A stretch of DNA of 64,000 nucleotides, taken from contig NC_057719.1 of the NCBI RefSeq assembly GCF_004010195.1, positions 4,950,818-5,014,817 of the forward strand. The letters run 5' to 3'. How positions within the stretch are numbered: the first letter of the stretch is position 1; every line of letters begins with the position of its first letter. Under the pieces are notes generated by a model that was not told where the DNA came from, made no database searches, and saw nothing but the letters and a program-made list of their open reading frames with translations. The position numbers and the translations under genes are program-made. This stretch comes from Chiloscyllium plagiosum (lineage: Eukaryota). Positions 60,305-64,000 of this stretch are shown one piece after another.

Positions 60305-61204
60305 GTAACACCAGGCACAACTTGAAGGAGTTCACTATGATTTTCCTCAGACGAAAGAAGAGTCCTATCGAGCTCAAAATGTTAACTCTGTTTCTCTCTC
60401 CAATGATGCTGCCAGACCTGTTGGGTTTTACCAATGTTCTGATTTTGTTTCAGATTTCCAGCATCTGTAATGTTTTGTTTTTATTTCACTTAAATGAGCT
60501 GCTGCAACAATCATTAACATCACCGTCCTACACACACCCAGCTGCACTGCTGTAAAATGTATTTAGCTCCTGCTTCATGCATTGCGGTAAACTCTGCCTT
60601 CAGACCCATCATACCCTCACTGACTTACATCCAGCTCCCTATCTGGCAACACCTTTTAAAGATGACCTTGCCTCTCCCTATCTCCATTATCCACTGCAGC
60701 CCTATAACCTGTTCAGGTGTCTGCACTCCTCAAATTCTGGCCTCTTGAAGCGGTCACTGATTTTAAACACTCCACCACTGCTGGCCCCATCTCCAGCTGC
60801 CTCAGTCAACGTTCTGAATTCCCTCCATACACTTCTCCTCCTCCTGCCTCCTTCTCCTTTCAGAAGCTCCTTAAGATGACTTGTATGATTCAGTGTCAAG
60901 GTGGGTTGACCACACTCTCGTGAAATTCACATCTTAGGACAGTAATTGCTTGGTCCCAGGGCTTATCATGATTGTGGATGTCATTACATTGAAATGGACA
61001 CCGCGCTATCAGATACAAGAAAATGGGAATAACTAAAAGCAGGCCATTCGGCCCTTTGAGCCTCTTGGTGACTTATGAATGTACCCTCTGTCTCGAGGAC
61101 GTAAAGAGCTGCACAAGCTAAACGTGGACAGCCAGGAGCTAGTTTCCAGCAGTGTGCCACTGCTACCCAATTGGCAGGAAAGAATTTGAGCAATCTTAGG
61201 GGAG

Positions 61205-61308
61205 TGTGTGTCAGTCTGTTTCTCTGTGTGTGGGTATGTGGGTATGTCTGCCTGTCTGTGTGTGTGTCTGTGTGTGTGTCTGTGTGTGTGTCTGTGTGTG
61301 TGTGTGTG
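61205..61308. repeat. (GT)n/(GTCT) compound microsatellite
   Basis: tgtgtgtgtctg repeats. Confidence 0.9.
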
Positions 61309-62643
61309 AGGATTGACTTTTAAGGTTGAGAATCCCATCAATGATCCGCATTGACACAACACAGCCTGCACCTGAGTTGAAAGGGTGTCACCTGAGTGCC
61401 TGGTGACTGTAATGGATACAGATAATCTTCACCTTGCTGCACAATGAGGCCACGTGACTCTGTGGGACACGCCCTGACTCTGAGCCAGAAGGCCTGTGTT
61501 GAAGTCTCACTCCTGGCATGTTGACCATGGAAGGAGGGTTTATGATATGGTTTAGAAGGGTGATTATCCTCCCCCACTGTTGATCCTCCCCCAATGTCCC
61601 ACACTGGGTACATTGTTGTGTTTCCAAAAAGGAACTTTTTTTAAAACTCTGATGCAACATGGAAACTGAAGGGGGACTGAATTGTTACGACCAGATTTTG
61701 CTGTAAATCAAAATTTTATTCTATAGGATCACAGAACCTGAATTGATTAATGCCTTACTGTCAACACAGCAAACATCGAGTAAATGGCTGATGGGTGTTG
61801 GGTTTTTAAATCATCTGATTTTTCTGTACTAGACTTTTGACTAACAATAATCGACAACTGAAGAAATATTTCCCTGTTGTCCATTTTTAAACAAGTAACT
61901 ATCTGTCCAATAACCGACATTTTCCAGCTGATAACTGTGTGTGTGTTGGTGCACTTTAATCTCCTTCTGTTCCACTCCGTTAGGAGGTCAAGTGTCTCCT
62001 GTCTGTCCTTCTCTTTCTCCTTGCCTTGGATTCAGAGGAGTTTTATGGAACAGTAGGAGGCCATTCAACTTGTTATGCCTGTACTGGCTCCTTGAAAGGC
62101 TGATAAAATTGGATCATGCACACTCTGCTATCTCACCATAACCCTGCCGACCAGCTACCTCCAACTACATGTCAGATCAGCTTTTGGCTGTTCCTACAAA
62201 ATCTAAATCGAAGAAATCTAGCGGTACAGAAGAGACCATCCAGCCTATTATGCCTGCACTGAGCTTCTATTACTTAGTGCCAACCTCCTGCCTTTTCCCT
62301 ACAAACTAATTTTATCCAAACTCCTGTCCAGTGCCCTCCTTATATGCCTCAATTGAAGCTGCCTCCACCATATTTCCAGGCAGTGCATCCCAGACCCTAA
62401 CTACTCGCTGGGTGAAAATGGTTTTCTCACATCACCCTTTCTTCATTTGCATATTAATTTAAACACATTTATTGTGAATCCGCTAGCTTTGTATTTAATA
62501 TTTGGGGAAAAGATGATGGGTTGGAAACATTCTGACATGTTTTGCTTCTGAGCTTGTGTTGAGCAACACGAACACTCTGAGTTTTAGTTTTAATGTCGAT
62601 ATGCTGGCTGTTTCTGATACTTTCTCTTATCCCTCATAACCAG

Positions 62644-63705
62644 GTAAAAGGACTGGAGGAAGAGAATGAACACTTAAAGCAGACGGTCTGTTCGCTCCGG
62701 GAACGTTCTCAGATCAGCGCAGATGCGAGAGTGAAAGACGTCGAGAAGGAGAACAAAATACTTCATGAGACGATCACAGAAACGAGCAGCAGGCTGGCCA
62801 AAGTGGAGATTGAAAAGAAGCAAGCCCACAAGGAGCTGCTGCACTATAAAGAGAAGGAGCAAAAGGCTGAGGAGCTGGAGAAGGACGTTCACAAACTTGG
62901 GAAGGAGAATGAGCAACTTCAGAAGCAGGTGGTCTCTTTGAGGTTCACGTGTGAGAATGTGGAACAGGAGGTTTCAAACCTTGAGCTTGAGAACAGCAAA
63001 CTCAAGAAGTCTCTCAATAGTTTGCAAAACTTGTCGATCAAGTTGGAGACAGTGGAAAAGGACAATAAGCAATTGGATGAGGAGAACTTAGAACTAAGGA
63101 GGATGGTGGAGACGTTGAAGTTCACGAGAACAAAACTGATCAAAGTGGAAATGGAGAATCGAGAACTGGAAAAGGAGAAAGATGACCTGAGGAAAACTGT
63201 GGAAGTGTTGAGGGCCTTGACTCGGAAATCTGAGCGATTGGAAATGAGCTACCAAAGCCTGGATTCAGAGAACCAGAGACTTCAGCAGGCGCTAGACAAC
63301 AGCAATACGAAGATCCAGCAACTGGAGAGGGAGCTGCAGGACACTGAGAATGAGAATCATGTTCTGCAGAAGAACTTGGAGGAGCTGAAGATATGCAGCA
63401 AAAGACTGGAGAAATTGGAAAAGGACAATAAGGTGTTAGAGCACGAGGCTGCACAACTCGAAAAGGACAAGAAGACTTTAGACAAAGAGAACAAACGGCT
63501 GTGGCAGCAGGTGGAGCTGAAAGATGCAATCCTTGATGAGAATAGTCAGAAACTGTCGAGCATGGAGAAAGAAAAGAGAACACTAGAAAAGGAAGTGGGC
63601 AGGTACATGGAGACCACAACCAAGGTGAAGGAACTGGAAGTGGACAATAAGGAACTGTTCAAGCAAGCTACAATTAATAAGAGGACACTTGCAACACTGA
63701 GGGAG
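62644..63705 (+). CDS. CCDC88C: CCDC88C large coiled-coil exon ~15 (354 codons)
   Basis: ataaccag acceptor, GAG|gtaggt donor, 1062 bp inside ORF 62593..63723; KRLWQQVELKDAILD and RTLATLRE motifs. Confidence 0.96.
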
Positions 63706-64000
63706 GTAGGTGGAGCGTCGTAGTTTCTCAGCTTGGTATGGTCCCTTTCACTTGGACTAAATACGAGCACATTCTTGAAGTGCAATGGTCCAGTTCACTC
63801 ACTCCATGTTGCTGAGGATTTGACAAACCTGTTGTAGCCTGGAGCTAACGGTAGTAATGGTAGAGGCTCCCAAATCTTTTCCGAGACAGGGACTGGGAAT
63901 CTCTCCAGTCCTTACTTGTTGGATTTGCAGTTTGATAATCAACCTGGTTAGCTGTGTCAGGAGCACCACCTTCCCCTTGGACATTGAGTCCTGGAATGGG

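Noticed and set aside
22366..63705. Assignment to CCDC88A (Girdin)
   Set aside because: Motifs KSM..KKVLLL, CERKEEF, SRKSFV.E.NE and KRLWQQVELKDA match recalled Daple rather than Girdin.
62674..63785. Minus-strand ORFs opposite the large exon
   Set aside because: Antisense shadows of the coiled-coil coding frame.

Overview
Eukaryotic (vertebrate) genomic DNA, most likely a cartilaginous fish (shark): the introns are packed with elasmobranch-type HE1/V-SINEs, CR1 (HER1-like) LINEs, DeuSINE-like and Penelope-derived repeats. The window lies inside one large + strand gene, CCDC88C (Daple; Hook-related coiled-coil protein). Twelve coding exons, equivalent to human exons ~4-15 (22366-63705), splice into a continuous 2460-nt, 820-codon frame. 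Neither the start nor the end of the gene is in the window. One intron uses a GC donor and an AAG acceptor. There is an 800-N gap at 12103-12902. The most interesting non-coding observations are: (i) a tRNA-Trp head with intact A/B boxes fused to a CR1 LINE 3' tail (a proto-SINE-like chimera) nested in a Penelope-derived element; (ii) several families of short fold-back Penelope-derived elements carrying hammerhead-ribozyme cores, one family with consistent 13-bp target-site duplications; (iii) recurrent micro-inversions inside repeats; (iv) an internally deleted Rex1/Babar LINE. Homology calls come from recalled sequence motifs, not database searches, and repeat boundaries are approximate.
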